This document shows positions 47,979-62,637 of a stretch of 64,000 nucleotides of DNA, piece after piece. Origin of the DNA: Vitrella brassicaformis CCMP3155 (taxonomy: Eukaryota > Protista > Chromerida); contig CDMY01000424.1 of NCBI GenBank assembly GCA_001179505.1, positions 15,105 through 79,104 on the forward strand, in the 5' to 3' direction. The number at the start of each line of letters is the position of its first letter. Within the stretch, counting starts at the first letter, position 1. Both the position numbers and the translations under genes were made by a program. Below the pieces are notes generated by a model. The model saw nothing but the letters and a program-made list of their open reading frames with translations, had not been told where the DNA came from and did not search any database.

Positions 47979-50286
47979 GTGATGATTCGCCTCAGCTGCC
48001 TGTGGGGCGGCCTCATTGTGGTCCTCTGTGTCACCCGATGTGCCACAGAGCCCGTCTTCATCCCTGTCGAAGACTCCGCTGAACGGTGCGAAGGGGGTGA
48101 TAAGGCCGACTTGCCTGATGGCTTTGGGTGCGTGCGGTTTGATCCTGGCGAGAGCACAGCAACTGTCGGACGAGATGAGGGCGAAGCCGTTGAGTTCTTC
48201 CTCGGTGAGTCAGAAAAAGTCGCTTGCACTTGTCAAGGAAGGATCCATGACATTTGTTTGTCTCTCCATGTGCTGTCGGGTGTCGGCAGGCATCCAATAT
48301 GCCACTGCTGAACGCTTCGAGCCAGCCACAGAGGTACGTTGGGACAAGAAAACGGGAGGAGACGGGGGAATGCTCAGTTTTGGTGTGTATTGTCGGTGTG
48401 CAGAGGGTGTATGGAGAGGATGACGCGGGGACGACAATCAATGGCGAAGAGAATCAAGGCGACGCGTGCGTATCTGGCTGCAAGTTGACGATCGATACAC
48501 CTGGTAACACAACCACACACATACACACGCAACTGCTCGCCCCTCCTCTCCCTCATGCCCCAGACATATGCGAAGCCCCCAATGGCGTGGAAAGCGAGGA
48601 GTGTCTCTTCCTCTCCATTTGGCGCCCTCAAGACGAGTCCCTCAGAACGACACAGATCATCGTAGGTTCAGACCTGTAGGCGGAGAGGCCCCAAGCACAC
48701 ACAGGACTCATCTAGCTCTCCTTTCTCGCTGTCTGCGTGTCTAGATCATTCTGCATGGGGGCGGCTTTCTCGCAGGTGAGTGAAGAAAGGCAGGGGGAGA
48801 TGGGTCATCAATACGTGCTCTTTTCCATGGATGACAGGCACTGGGATGGCGGACTTCGTGTATGCCGAAGAGGTCGCACGACGAACGGGTCAGCAATACC
48901 ATGCACACTTGTAGCACTCACCAGTCACGAATGCCACGTGTGTGTTGCAGGAGCGTTGGTTGCAAGTGTCAATTACCGACTTGGCGTACTTGGCTGGCTG
49001 TCTTCCTTCACAACCGAGCCCAACGAGCGGCCAGAACTTCCTGGGAATTACGGCCTTACGGATGCGTGGGCAGTCTTACGATGGCTCGAGAGATACGCCA
49101 CCGTACGCGAGCCGTGTACACATATCAACTGTGTCGCTATTCGTATGTGGCTGTGGATGTGGCTATCACGCAGTTTTTTGTCGGTGAAGTGTGCGACAAA
49201 GGGTCGAGACTTTGTGATTTCTCGGAGCTGAGCCTCAACCTATGGGGATTCTCTGCAGGAGCGAAGCTGGCAGCGGTAGCACATGTACTATCACAGCTGA
49301 CGCGCTGCCGTCTTTTTTCTTCCTATTGCAGTGCGTCTTGACGAGTCCAGTGACACCGCTGGCTACAAACCTGCCGCTAGGGCAGATCGAGCAAGTCATC
49401 TTGTCCTCCGGGTCATGGGGACTCCCCGATCGAGCCGGCCCTCTTCTGACAGTACAGACAGAGGCAATTCTTAAGACACTCGAGTGAGCAGGCTGATGAC
49501 GCACAGACGCATAAGGCGCGGGCAGGCAGAGGAAGGAAACACTGTTTTTTGTCACACGCGAGCAGGTGCATTGGTTTGTTTGAGAGTCTGAAAGTGGATG
49601 CCAATGGTGCGTTTGTGGTGCGAGAAGAGACCATCGAGTGCCTCAAGGTCAGCACTCGATAGAAAAGATCAGCAGTACGACGGTGGAGTGTGGCGGCTTT
49701 TATCCCCCGCAGAACGCTGATGTTGAAAAGATACGGCTTGGCAATGCGGCGGGTCTGGCGGTATGTGTGTATGACACGTCTGTGTGCATGCGTCAGCTTG
49801 TCTCCCTCTGTGTCTGTCGTGACTACACAGGCTATTGTGGTTGGCGATTTCAGCTACCTTGCCGAGCCGTACAGTCCTGTCGGAGTAGCCCCATTCCTCC
49901 CGGATACGGATTGCGTTCAGGACTTGAAGGCAGGCAGCGACTCCACACAAAGATCCGTTATAGGGATGATCTTGTTACGTTTTCTCACGCGTCGCAGGAG
50001 GGCAAGTTCTATGGCCAAGAGGCAGGTTCCTTTCCCGCCGACGATCGGCCAAGATTCCTGATCACAGGGGGAAAGAATGAGGGGACCCTCTTCATCCGTG
50101 CAGTGAGTGGGTGGGTATGATCCATGTCTCGCACCATACGTGTTGTCTCACGCAGGCGCTAGATCTATTGCCGAATCTTCCTGGCTCGTCATTGATCTCT
50201 GCACTGCTCAGCGCAAAATCATACGTGTATGTCTGGACGCGCACTCATTGACAACGCTCTGTAGATCATGTCACTTACTGCCTGCG

Positions 50287-50317
<31 letters not shown>

Positions 50318-51540
50318 GTCTGTCTGTGTCTGTTTGTCTGATCAGGATCGCGCTCCTCCTTCTTTTCGGTCCCGAGGATGCTAAGTGCCTCCTACGCGAG
50401 TATCCTGCGAAGTCCGTCATACACAGAAAATGCACGCAGGCATGCCTGCATGTATGCCTTCTTGGCTCCTGTGTGTATCACCGCATGTCTGTCTCCCTTG
50501 TCCACGCATCCATGCAGTGGGAAGGAAGGGAGTGAGCCAGCAAACGGCCCTGGCAGTGCCCCCGATACCGTTAGCAGTGTCTCAAGCGCGGTGAGTCAAG
50601 ATAGAGAAGAACTGACAACATTCATACAACAAATGACGTGTACGTGTGAGTGCTGCTCGTGTAGTACGGCGACTACTATTTCTCGTGCTCTGCCCGAGCA
50701 TTATGCAAGGCACTTGCAGGTAGTGCTGATGGCGGCGTCGTGTGCTATGGCAGCTTCTACGAGAGTGGCTGGGATTTCTCCACTCCTGAATTCATGACCA
50801 ACGCGAAGTCGCCACAAGGGGGCCAATTCGACATCTACAGAAGCTTCTGTTTCGAGCCTGGCATCACATGCCACTTGGAAGAGCAAGTAGGTGCATGTCG
50901 AATAGACACTGATGCTACACGCACGTGTATATGTCATGCAGATGTGGGTCCTCGGCAACGGGGAGAGGATATTTCCTAACTTTGACTTCTCAGAAGACCT
51001 GGAAGAGGATGTCGCGCTGACGCTCGATGAGCCTGGCGACCCAGTGCGGAATCAGGGATTCCTCCCGATAGTTAAGAACTTCATCGACACCGGCTTTCCC
51101 TTTGACCCAACTGACAACTCTGACGGTGTATGGCCTCCATTCACTGAAGACGCAGCCAACTACGTGGCGCTCTCCGACTTGATAGACGGGGCGGACAATT
51201 CGCCTGTCTCCTTCTTCAAGACGGTCGCACAGGTTGAGCAGGATGGCGGGTTCAAGATCGAAGAATGCGCCTGCTGGGATGAAATCAATCCAGAGTGAGC
51301 ACACATATCAATAGAAGATATTCGTGTCTCTCGTGCTGCGTTGTTTTTGGCGCTTCCAGTTACGACGCCACGTGGCTCCAGATTAAGAAGAGACGGTATG
51401 ACATCTTCTCAACAACCGATGCTGAAGCCGAGACACGATTGCTTGAGCTGTTCGCTCTTCACGGGCCTCCCGCCAAGTCAGATTGCGTCGGGTCCGATTG
51501 CATCATGGGATGGGACGGCAAGACCTCGCCAGTGAATTAG
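47979..51540 (+). CDS. Secreted type-B carboxylesterase/cholinesterase-like alpha/beta hydrolase
   Basis: Signal peptide, GIQYA, SEECLFLSIWRP, LHGGGF, SVNYRLGVLGWL, GNYGLTD and nucleophile elbow WGFSAG. Catalytic Glu in GGKNEGTLF and His in CHLEEQ. Confidence 0.88.
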
Positions 51541-52869
51541 ATTGGGGAGGGAGAAAGGCAGCTGTGGGCGAGTGAGAGTGAGCGCGTGCGAATAAGTGCA
51601 ATAATGTGTCTTTTTCTAGTCGTGAGACTTTTTCCTGTCTGTCGGTCATTGGCTTTTGAGAGTGTGTCTGCAACCGCGCAGACAGTACACGTAGGTCGTG
51701 CTGTGTGTCTTCTGTCACACAAAAACTCCTACGTGTGTGAGGGGATTTGTGTGATATGTTGAGGTTGCTGTTGAGTTACTTACATAGTGAACAACATGGG
51801 ATACAATTTGAAATGTGGTACGAACCGGACAAAGGCTATGTATGGTACAGACACGCACACACACACACACACACATGGGGAACAAACCCCTTTCCCAACA
51901 ACTCTGTCTGCCTGTCTGCCTGTCCGCCTGTCTGTCTGTCCGCCTGTCTGTCTGTCTGTCCGCCTGCCTGTCTGTCTCTCTTTGTGTGCCCACATCAGCC
52001 AGGCAGAGAGGCATGCAACAGGGGCGGAGAGGCAGAGAAATGGATGGCTGGGTGTGTGGGTGGTGGGGCTGCTTGCTTGACGTCTCTTCGCTGTCGGCGT
52101 GTGGGGTATGAGATGAGCGTTGTGTCTGTGTGTGTGAGGCTGACTGCTGTTGACGGCTGCGTTGCCTTCGTAAAACCATCTTCACAACACGTGTGTGTTC
52201 GAGACACCCACCACGCTACGCAGAAGCAGCGATGAACGACCCGACAAAATCTGCTGGATTGATGCGTGGCTGGGTTGGTCACTGTAGAGGTCTCTGCTCA
52301 CATGCATTCAGACGCACCAGGCACCGAAGCCAGGCAACCCCCAAGAAGTCAGATGGATGAATGGATGGCTTTGTATGTAATAGAGGTATGTCTGTATGTA
52401 CACCCCGCACACATCAGCACCAGACATATGCCTCCTTCGACCTAGGCAGCGAGGCAGCTGTTGGATATATATATACACATAAGGCAAGGAGCGAGACGCA
52501 TGCAATGGAATGCAATACAGTATGGTGAGTGAGGTGTGGTTAAAAGGGCATAGAAGCTCTTCTCAATCAACACACACACATCACAGAACACAACTCTGCC
52601 ATGATAGCGTCGGTCGGTGGCACACACAGTCAGACAGCGAGGCAGGCTGGTAGTCGATATAAAGGAGGAAGCTATGCTATGGAGTGAAGGGTCGAAAGGC
52701 CATAAAGGCTGCCTCTGGGTGACACGGACACACAGCAGCAAAACTCTTAAATCAACTAGTGGCCCCTTACCCCTGCTGTCTGTCTGCCATGATATCATAC
52801 CGGCCGTCGACACACGCATTCGACCGCACCACAGCCCCACCACAGCACCCACAGTGGGTCGATCCAGTG

Positions 52870-55800
52870 TCACGAGAATATGGCGGGGCTCCAGCCGGTG
52901 AAGGCCTGCCGACACAGGGGGCAGTGGCGAGGTTGCATGGTCTGTGCACAGTGCTGGCAGATGCAGAAGTGGTTGCACGGCCGCAGTACCACCGATCGCT
53001 CCCTCTCCTGGCACACCTGACGGTCGGTGACCTCCTCTCGTGTCCTCTGGTTGCTCTGCTGCATCTCCTGCCGCATCTGCTGACGCAGCTCGGTCTCCCG
53101 CCTCTGCTGGGCGGCCTGCTGAGCCCGCCGCTCGAGTGACTGCAGCTGGGATTGCTCGTTGCCGAGTGCCGTCTGTCGGTCCGCTAGCTGCATGGCAAAG
53201 CCGCTGAACTCGTCCGCAGTGGTCAGTCCATTGAAGGTCTCACTCAACCTGAATGATATCACATATCGCATTACATCAAAGGGCATGCACTGGTGTTGCC
53301 CGCCTTTGTCTGAGTGGGTACGGACCTGTCGATTTGGTTGCTGCGTAGCTGATCTATGTCGGCCTGAAGCGCACGGTTGGCCTCAGTGAGGCTGATTGAG
53401 CGACAAACACAAAGGGAGAGAGATGCGTGACGAGGTACGTTGGCCTGTCGGTTAAGTACCTGGCGATCTCCTGTGCCTGCGATGTATTCTGGTGAGTGAG
53501 CGACGCCTCCCTCTCAGCAGCAGCCCTGATAGGGCGAACGACACACACGCACACACACAGTTCCGTCCCATTCATTGCGGTGTTGGTGAGTGAGTGCTAT
53601 GTGGCTGACTGACCTCTTGTGTCTGTCGAAGTGATGTTGGAGTTGCCCCATCTGAGCCGCCTGCTGCTCACGGAGAGACCTCTCGCGATCGATGTCACTG
53701 AAAACACGTACATAGAGAGTGAGGTGCAGGTGGCCTTGTTTGCCTCCTGTGTGTGTGTAGATACTTGGTGAGCCGTTGGTGTTGTTGGCTGAGCTGCTGT
53801 CGATCCGCATTGGCTTGACGCATATCGGCCTGGAGCCGCTCGTTGGCCGCCAGAGTGTCAGCGACGGTCTGCTCGCCCGCCATCTGAGCCTCACGCAACC
53901 TGCACATAAACACAAGAGCACAAGGATGGACAGCTGCCAACCGTACTCGATGCGGTGATATGGTGATGCATGCTGTACCGTTCGCTCTCCTGACGGGCGG
54001 CGAGGATCTCTTGACGGTTCGCATGAGTCTCCTGCTGGGCAGCATGAAGCTGCTGCTGAAGGCCGGCCTCCCTCTCCATCGACTCACGCCTATAGTCAGA
54101 CATCGCCGTCACAGCGGTAAATCCCTCCCGCCTTCGTTCTTTTTCTTCTCACCGCGTCGCCCCGCTTTGCCGGTCTCTGCGCATCAGCTCAGCCTCGAGC
54201 TCAGCAATCCTGACAAGAACAGACACACCATCTCTGTGTGACCAGAGCCACGCCCATCAATCGCCTCACCTGGCCCGCATCGCCTCGGCCTCCTCTCCAC
54301 CACTCACACACCCATCGTCAACGACCCTTGCGGCTCCTCCATCGGTCTGTCCAGCCCTCTGGCCAGCCAGGCCATCACCACCGCCACCATCCTCACTCGC
54401 ACAATCAGCCGACAGCAGGTCGTCAGAGTCACACCCGCCATCGGGCAGCGGGGGCATGGAAGGAGCCATCGGAGGAACCAGAGACCCACTAGCAGCACTC
54501 ACGCCGGCAGCACAAGCACCAGCAGCGATAGCCGGGGCACAGAGGGGACTACTCGACGGCTCGCTGTCCACGAGCTCGAGGCCACCATCCGCCTCTCCCT
54601 CACGCACATATGGGCTGCCGTCTGCCGCAATGGATGGCGACGCTGCAGCTGGGGCGGCCGGGGGTCTCTTGGTCTTGGGTCGTTTTTTCTTCTTGGCCTT
54701 CTTGCCGCCCTCGCCCCCCTTCGCCCTGCCGCTGCTGGTCCTCACTCTCGTCGGACACCTGCTCGCCGATGGACCGCAGAAGGTCCTTTTCGTTCTTGCG
54801 CGCCGCCGCCTCCTCAGCGGCCATCTTAGCACTGTCGGGCTCCTTGTCGGATTGGCGCTTCATGCGCCGCTCTTTCTTGGCCTTGACCTTCTTTCTGCTC
54901 TCAAGCTTCTCACGCAGCTCCTCGCGCACGACGTCACAGCGGCTCTTGGGCTGGTCCTCGACCGCAGGCCCCCCGCCGGTAACCATCCTCTGAAGTTCGT
55001 CTGATCCAAAGACGGAGCTGAGTATATGGGAAATTTGTGTGCGTCTGGTGCTGCTATTCGTACCGATCTCTCTGACCACTTCTGCCCTTGCCGCGGTGTT
55101 CTTGTTGATTTGCTCGGCGAGGCTGGCGATCCTGTTGTCAAGGCTGTTCGTGTCGTTGCCCTTCTTGCCGGCCTTGGACAGAGCGGCCTTGTCCCTCTGC
55201 CCCTTGAGGTCGTTGAGCTTGGTCTGCAGCGTCGCCAGCAGGTTGTCGATGACGGCAACCCGCTTCTGCTTCTCAAACCAAGTCTGAATGATAATCGCAT
55301 TGTAGTCGGCAACAGACGATCCGCAGCGTATGATCTCGTGTACCGCTAGATGCACAGTCTCCTGCTCCTGGCCTGTAGAGTCTTGCTGGTTCACCAGGCT
55401 AACGGCCTCTAACCACAACACAACGAAGGAGATGACACGTGTGTGTGATCTTGCCATTTCCCCCTTCTCAGCTAACTTACCAGTGAGGGCGGTGTGGGCT
55501 GCGTCGACATCCTCTTGAGTGATGCTGCTGATAGCAGGGGCGTCCTTGAGAGCCTCGAGCTCCCTCACGCAGTCGCGGTACATGGGCAGGTCAGCAGCTG
55601 TCACAGAGAAGTGGTTCTGGAAGCCAAATGTCGAATCGGGGCGGCGATTGTTGTGTGAAAGGCTTTCGAAATACAGCAGCAGCAATGAAGGCCCCTTGCT
55701 GGTGACTGTCTGCGCCCATACGAGAGGGCTGATTGGGTCATAGGACCGCACAAGGGCACGACACAGGCTCCGGCGGAGAGGTGTCAGTGGCCAACCGACG

Positions 55801-58800
55801 GAATCCAGAGCTGACAGACAGCAGCAGACAGAGGGGAACACACACACAGAGGAGATGAGGGGAAAGGAGCATGCATCCCTAGTGCTTCGGTTCCTTACAT
55901 GTGTCGATCACTGAACGCCGGAATTTGTACTCCTTGTTCATATCCTCGATCACCTGAAGATCCTTTTTAGGAATCAACACGCGAGATGTGCTGGTATCGG
56001 CAAGAGGGACGTCTGAACGGGAGTCACAGGCAGAACAACACAACATACCTACACGGATATCCCTCTGGCTCTTGCATATACTTACTTCTGAGGTCCAGCA
56101 GGAATGGTGGGCTGCTCCTGATCTCCTTCTCCTCGGCCAGCAGCCCCTCGTCCCTCTTCTCCCGTGCCGCCATCCGTCGGTCCTCCTCAGCTGCGTCAGC
56201 CGCCGGCAGCAGGCGGGCGTCATCCGCCGCCCACTGACGCTCCTTGACAGCACGCGCGGCTCGGAGCTCACTCTCACGCTCATCGTGGGCTCTGGTGACG
56301 GCCCCCTGCACCAATGACGCAAAGTCACCACTCGACAGGAACTGCTGGCTGATGAGCTTGCCCAAGGGGACCCGTGCTGAAAAACAAACACATGGAGCAG
56401 ATTTGTGTACGCGACGGTTGCTTGGTGGCTTCACGTACATGAGAGAGAAAGGCATGAGAGTGTGAGGTCCTTCAATGCCAATTGGAGGAAGGGCTCAATG
56501 GTCTTTGCGGTGGCAGGCAGACCCATGTACCTGAAGAGACACAGGTCAGCTGCATATACACTCGCTCAACTACATAGACACTCGCACACAAAGCGGTTCA
56601 CGTGGCCTACTTGAGAGTACGTCGATTGGGGTTGGTCTTGAGGCCAGCGGTCGCGGAGGACATGACTATGAACTCAACGGCGGGCAACGACAGCCCGGCA
56701 ACCGAGCAGAAAGACAGACAGAGCCACGTGCACGCGATCGTGGCGAAGAGGCGCTCCAGCACTCTCTGCGGACAAGAGGGATGCCAACAGAGAAGGGATA
56801 TCAGCAAGGCTGTCTAAGCACATGGCTAGCGCCTTGCAGACCTGCAGTTCGTCGTATCGATCACTTTCGCCCTCAGACTTGGCCAAGACCATCTCGAGCA
56901 GACTCAGAGACTCGAAAGACCTACCACAGAGGCCCTGCAGGCGATACGACACACACAGGCCCTAATCAATAAGATGGAATCTCCTTGTTTTTTCGACGCA
57001 CCTCGAGCAAGTTTAGAGAAGAATTGAACGACATTCGACATAGAGAGATTATCATCCAGCTGTACACACCCAACGGCCTGAGTGAATGCTCCGTTGTCTC
57101 ATTCCCTGTCCTGCGCCCATACCTGAGTGTCGTGAAGGGCCTTTCTTTTTTGTCGTCCCGCCCCGCCTCGATCGTCCTTTGACAATCCTCTGCTAGGCCA
57201 GCCGGCAGGGCAGCCGACGATGTGCTGTGGGTGCACGTGACGTCACGCGATGATGGCGGCGGCGGGGAGGCACTCTCGCTGCTGCTGTCGCCCTTGCCGT
57301 CTCTTTCTGGCTGGGCCTTGAGCAGAGCACTCAACCGGTCGATGAAGGCACGGCTCAGGTCTCCGTCTTCCAGGTGGAGAGTGGCAAGTGAGGGCAGGCG
57401 GCCGATGGCCTCGGCAAGTTGTGCGCACTCGTCATCAGGCAGCTGATTCAAATTCGCATCTGCGCGAGACACATGCCTTGACAGTCAGCGGCAACGTGCG
57501 CGTTCTCTTCCGACGGCCTTACACATCAGTCTGAGCGTCATCAGTCTCTCGGCCCCCTCGAGAAAGCCGATGAGGTCGCTGATGTCATCGGCGGTCGGTG
57601 AGCACTCCCAGCTGATCGACAACTCCAACATCATGTCGGGTGACTACCTGACAGCGAGAATGAAACCGTGAACATGAGTGAACTGCTGTCTATCACCTCT
57701 TTACATCAGCCTACCCGGCCAGTGCTGCTACCAGCCGATTCTGCTTGCTCACTGAGATCGATGCATGTAGCGCCAGCAGCTCGCGATTGGCATACGATGA
57801 GATGCGGTCCGTCGAACGGACGGGACACAACCTAAACCCAGGCAGCACGAAGTGGCCATGGAGTGCAGGTGCGTCTGTCTGTGTGTGAATGACTGTTTAC
57901 GCGTCTAGCAGACTCTGACATGAGGCGGCCAGCATAGCGACTTGTGCGACAGTGAAATGCAACGGCCCAACAAGCTGGTAGATGGTGCGGAGGACTCCCT
58001 TGTCCGACAGACAACACACCAGCCGATTCTGATGGACACACAGCACATGTGAGGGGTCGGTCACATATGTAAACTCTCTCTCTGTACCTACATGCTCGTT
58101 CTGCCGTCGTGCAGCCTCTCTGTGGGGGTCGTGCTGCGATGAGACCCACCGATCGATCGGCAGCTACTTCAACAAACACACACACAGTGGCGAGCAGTGA
58201 TCGATCGGTCTACATGGGGGTCAGACCTTGCGGCGGCGAAACTTGGCGAAAAAGTCCAAAATCTGCAGCCATAGGTGCACAGGTGCACAGATGCCTGCGT
58301 GTTGTTGGCACTTCATTTACCTCCTGTATGAGGCTGTCTTGTGAGGCCGCCGTGGGGGGCCCAGACAGGGCAGAGATGTCCACCTGCAAATGAAGGGCGT
58401 CACACGCAGTAAGAGACGCACACAGGTGACCGCCGATTCGGTCATCATTTGCCCTCACTGACCTGTAGAACACATTCGACGATCGGGTTGTCTTTGGCCT
58501 TGCCACTCATCAGCTGCCGATTACAGTAGCTGCACACATGAAGGCAATTCACTCGGTGCACTCAAGAGATGAAGGGAAGATGCACCTGGCGAGGCTGTCC
58601 AGGATGCCCATCACGATGCTGATGAAGCTGACGCCGCGAGCGGAGGATGCGAGAAGTGAAATGTCTAAGGTCACAAACCACGACAGCATAGAGCACATAA
58701 CCTCGGACAGGCCCTCGCACGAAGCATACTGAAGTTAAGTGAAACCAGAAGTGCCGAGTGCTCATACATGCGCGTCGCATCCACTCTGACTGACCGAGTT

Positions 58801-60735
58801 ACGAGCAAGTATGAGATTGAGCAGATGAACCGAAGCCGTCACGACAGCTCGTCCATGGAGGCCATCCTTGATCAGTCTGCGGCTCTGCAGGATGCTCATA
58901 GACGCCGAGAGGAAGCCCGCCTGCGCAACACGCTCGCAGTAGCCACATTCTGAGGAAACACAGACGCACACAAGACATCACTATGTGGCATGGATCATGC
59001 ACCTTTTCTCACCAGCCATTGCCACTGGCACATTCAGAAATCTGGAGACCGCGCCAGCCGGCTGCTCAGCGGTGGGGTGGTCCTTCAGCACTGCGGCCAT
59101 CTTGCCCAGAGCAGCGGGGCTCGCTGACAAACTACAGTACATGGACACCAGCACACCTGCATCCACACACACCCAAACACGCTCACACAGCGGCGTGACG
59201 GACCAACGAGCCCTCTTGACATCCAGGTGACCCGCACCTGGATGAGATGGGAAGCCGCGGCGGGCGTCTCTGAAGATGATGCCTATCAGCTCGAATGCCC
59301 TCCACACAATCACCTGATCACAGCTCGTGACCAGCGTATCGACGAGAACATCGATGTGGCAGAACATGTGCTGCTGAAACGCCCCCATATCCTTAGCCGT
59401 CACTGAGCGATGCACCAAAGGCACACAGATATGTGGAGATATGACAGCCACCTTTGCCGATTCACCACATGATCACCTGGAATGCTCTCGCTGAGCAACA
59501 CGGAGGCAGCTGTCATGAATTCTCGGTCCGGTACTGTCAGCCTTCCCGCCGTTGCCTCCACCAAGACACCAAACAGCGGTAGCCACTCCACACCAAACGG
59601 ATACCCAGCCTGACAAAGCCGATTGAGGAAGCGCGTCGCCGCAGACTGATGTGATGGCTTGCTGCTGTCCGTGAAAATGGAAACAATGCAGCCGGCGAGG
59701 CCTCCCCGACCCTGCTGTCGACGCGCCTTGTCCTTCTCGGCCAATGACCGTACGAGTCCCTTGACCGCTGGGTCATTATCCGGCAGCGAGGTCGTGAGTT
59801 TCTCGACGTGGCTCACGAAGGGGCCGATGTCACTAGCCAGCAGAGCATCAGCAGCCAGGGACACTATGGCAACAGCATCAGAGCCCGACGTCTGACCCTT
59901 CCGCGTGTTGGCCGTGTGTTGCTGGTCGGGTGTGATGGGGGAGGGGGTGGAGGGAGGGAATGGGCGAGAGGGACCCGCCGGTTGCCGATCTGCTGATGCA
60001 GTTGCTGCGGCGATTGGCGACGGGTCGATGGAGCGAGTGAGATTAGCGGCCTGCTGCTGCTGGGTGCATGCGAAGAGGTCGAAAGCAGGGGAGGGCTGCC
60101 GGCTGCCGTACTGACAGTCACAACCCACACATCACACACATATGCACACATGTGGGCATGCACCTCCCTCGTGTCTGTCTGTCTGTCTGTCTGTCTGTCC
60201 GTACCGATGTGGCGTCCACAGTGATGTCATCCTCTCCGGACCCACCGCTGTGCCCCGCCCCTCCCATCAGCCCCGAGCCGCTGCCCACAGCCGATACGTC
60301 GGCTGCTGGTGAGGGGATGGGAATGAGCTGCATGGACTGATCCCGCTGGACGGATGGCTGCGGTTGCTGCTGACTCTGGTATGTGTCGATGGCCTCACTA
60401 GGGATCTGCGGACACTGGATGCCGATGGGGGGGTTGGACGACAGCAACTCAGACATGTCGTCGCTGTCAGTCGCAGGGGTGCGCTCTCTGTGAGAGGATG
60501 CTGGTAGCGGGGCAGACGACGCACTCTCTGTGCGGTCACCAGGGCCGCTCCCGTACGACTCATCGCCAGGCCTCCCACTCCCACCAGATCCCTCCTCTGC
60601 CGGGTGGGCACTCATACACACGTGCCGCTGCTGTGGTTGCTCCTGCTGGCTGGCATCTCCCCTGTTGTCGGCGCCGTTGCTGTCTGCCGTCGGGCTGTCG
60701 GCGGAGAGCTCCTCGGCGTTGGTTTCCGTGGACAT
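52870..60735 (-). CDS. Large multi-exon protein: low-complexity N-terminus, helical (ARM/LRR-like) middle, long coiled coils and C-terminal C3HC4 RING finger (putative E3 ligase)
   Basis: The last exon VCQERERSVVLRPCNHFCICQHCA..CPLCRQ is a clear C3HC4 RING. Upstream minus-strand exons with plausible splice sites continue to an ATG at 60735. Whether this is one gene or two is not certain. Confidence 0.55.
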
Positions 60736-60929
60736 GAGCGCTCAGGCGGCTATCTATCTGCATCAGTCAAAGCCAAAACAGACACCACACGGACAAAAAA
60801 GGTGCACGATGAGCCGTCGCTTCCCAGACGCTGTCACTCACTGTGATTCAGAATCAATTGTCGTGAAGCAAAGCAGAAGATCTGTCCACGGCATCGACGG
60901 TAGCAGATGATGGGCCCCGGCTCGCGAAA

Positions 60930-60939
60930 TGCGAGCTTT
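60930..60939 (-). promoter_or_regulatory. AAAGCTCGCA element (reverse strand) in the RING/epimerase divergent intergenic region
   Basis: tgcgagcttt on the plus strand. Confidence 0.55.
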
Positions 60940-60962
60940 AGGCAGCCAAGCTTCGTGATTCG

Positions 60963-62637
60963 ATGGCGTCGGTGCTGCCCCTCTTCGTCGGAAGAGCCCT
61001 CCTAGGTGGTGATGTGACTCAAACAGCCACGATCCGCCTGTTTGATCGATTCGTTCTGTTTTGTTTGCGTGCAGAGTGTTTGGTGCAGAGGGATGACGCG
61101 CATGACATTGTGATGGTCAACAGAGGCAATAAGTACTTCGGCACTGACGGTGCGGGCGGCATGGATGAATCAGATGAAAGGAATGAGGAATTGACGCTTG
61201 ACGTCTGATCTGTGTGTTGTGTGCAGATCCCTTTGGAGGCTGTGTGCCGCGGGTAAAGGCCTCATCGACATCACTGCAAAGAAGCGACAGGCAAACGGAG
61301 CAAAATGGAAGTGGACTGCCGGTGGGTTCATCGACAATTAACACATCCACCGACCCGTAGACATGTTGCTGCTGCTGTTGCTGGCTGGTGTTATTCAGTA
61401 GTAGGCTTCTCCGCCTTCAGTCCGCTTGAAGTCGAGTGCTCCGTGCGGGCGCTGGAGGGATCCTTCCAGCTGTATGTGTTCACTTCCACCGACTCCGTGT
61501 ACGAGGTCTGTGATACGCAGCGGTCAGTCAAGATCCACCTCCCACCTCCCACCCCATGCGTTTGCGTCGGTTGTAATGCGCCAAGGCATGGATGTGGTTG
61601 TGCAGGTGGTCTGGTCGGTCTCATGTGGGTGAGGATGATGCTGTCCGGTGACGGGGAGGGGGCCCGACTAAACAGGAAGGACAGATATGGACATGTGAGG
61701 CAATCAATATACAAACTCAGCGATCCACGCGTCCACGCAGAGATGTTCCGTGTGTTCATCAGAGGAAACTGGCGTGCGAGGAGTGGCTGTCGAGATGGGT
61801 GTGCGATGGGCATGGCGGGCGAGCAGACGGGAAGCCACATTCGCCGCCACGAATAGTCGCACTGAGACTCGCTGACGTCATCGGTATGCAAGTCTCAAGA
61901 CAACGTATACATATACGCGCGCACAATGCACGTGTGTATGTTGCCGTCTGCTGTGTGCAGGTCCATATAACGACACATATCGCTTCTGGGCCTATTGATT
62001 CTGTGTGCAGTGCAGCCACACTGAGCCGATACACCTGGTGTGGTGATGCTGTCTGCGCACGAGAGGCAAGGAGGGATAGAGGACGTCTGACCGACCGGTC
62101 CCCTGTGTCCCCTCATTGATGTGTGGCATCTATGTATCAGCCCGAGCACTACAAGCAGCGAAGGCTGTCCATTACATACAGGTGCGTGCCACACAATGCT
62201 CAGACGTACTCATTGTGCTCATGCCGCTCTCTGTCGTCAGCCATGATGTGGTCCGCATGAACGTGGCGCTCATCGATGATACAATCCGGTCCTCGCATGA
62301 GCCCTCCCAGCCTCCCAGTATAATGAGGTCAGTCGTATCGATGCACTAACATATGGCCGGCTGTATGCCTTTCTGTATGCGTTCGTGTCCCATTCATTAG
62401 GCCTGCGAAGAGGCAATGGACGTCATAGAATTCCTCACGCGAGTGGTAAGCAGCGAAATGCCGGCCGCCCACACATATGATGCATCAAGCTGTGTGTCTT
62501 CTTTGTTCGGTTCCAGGCCGACTGCACGGACAAGGACGCATCGGCCCGATTCCGAGTCATCGACGATAAGAATGACACCGGCTATACCTGTCTGCCGCCG
62601 TCTGTCAAGCGGTGACGGCAGCGATGAAGGCGCTTGA
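60963..62637 (+). CDS. NAD(P)-binding Rossmann-fold, atypical SDR / NAD-dependent epimerase-like protein
   Basis: Spliced FVGRALLECLVQRD..DIVMVNRGNKYF, VVGFSAF, YVFTSTDSVYEV, and a probable YG..K-type segment (RYGHVRQ/YKL region). Exon boundaries are approximate. Confidence 0.55.
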
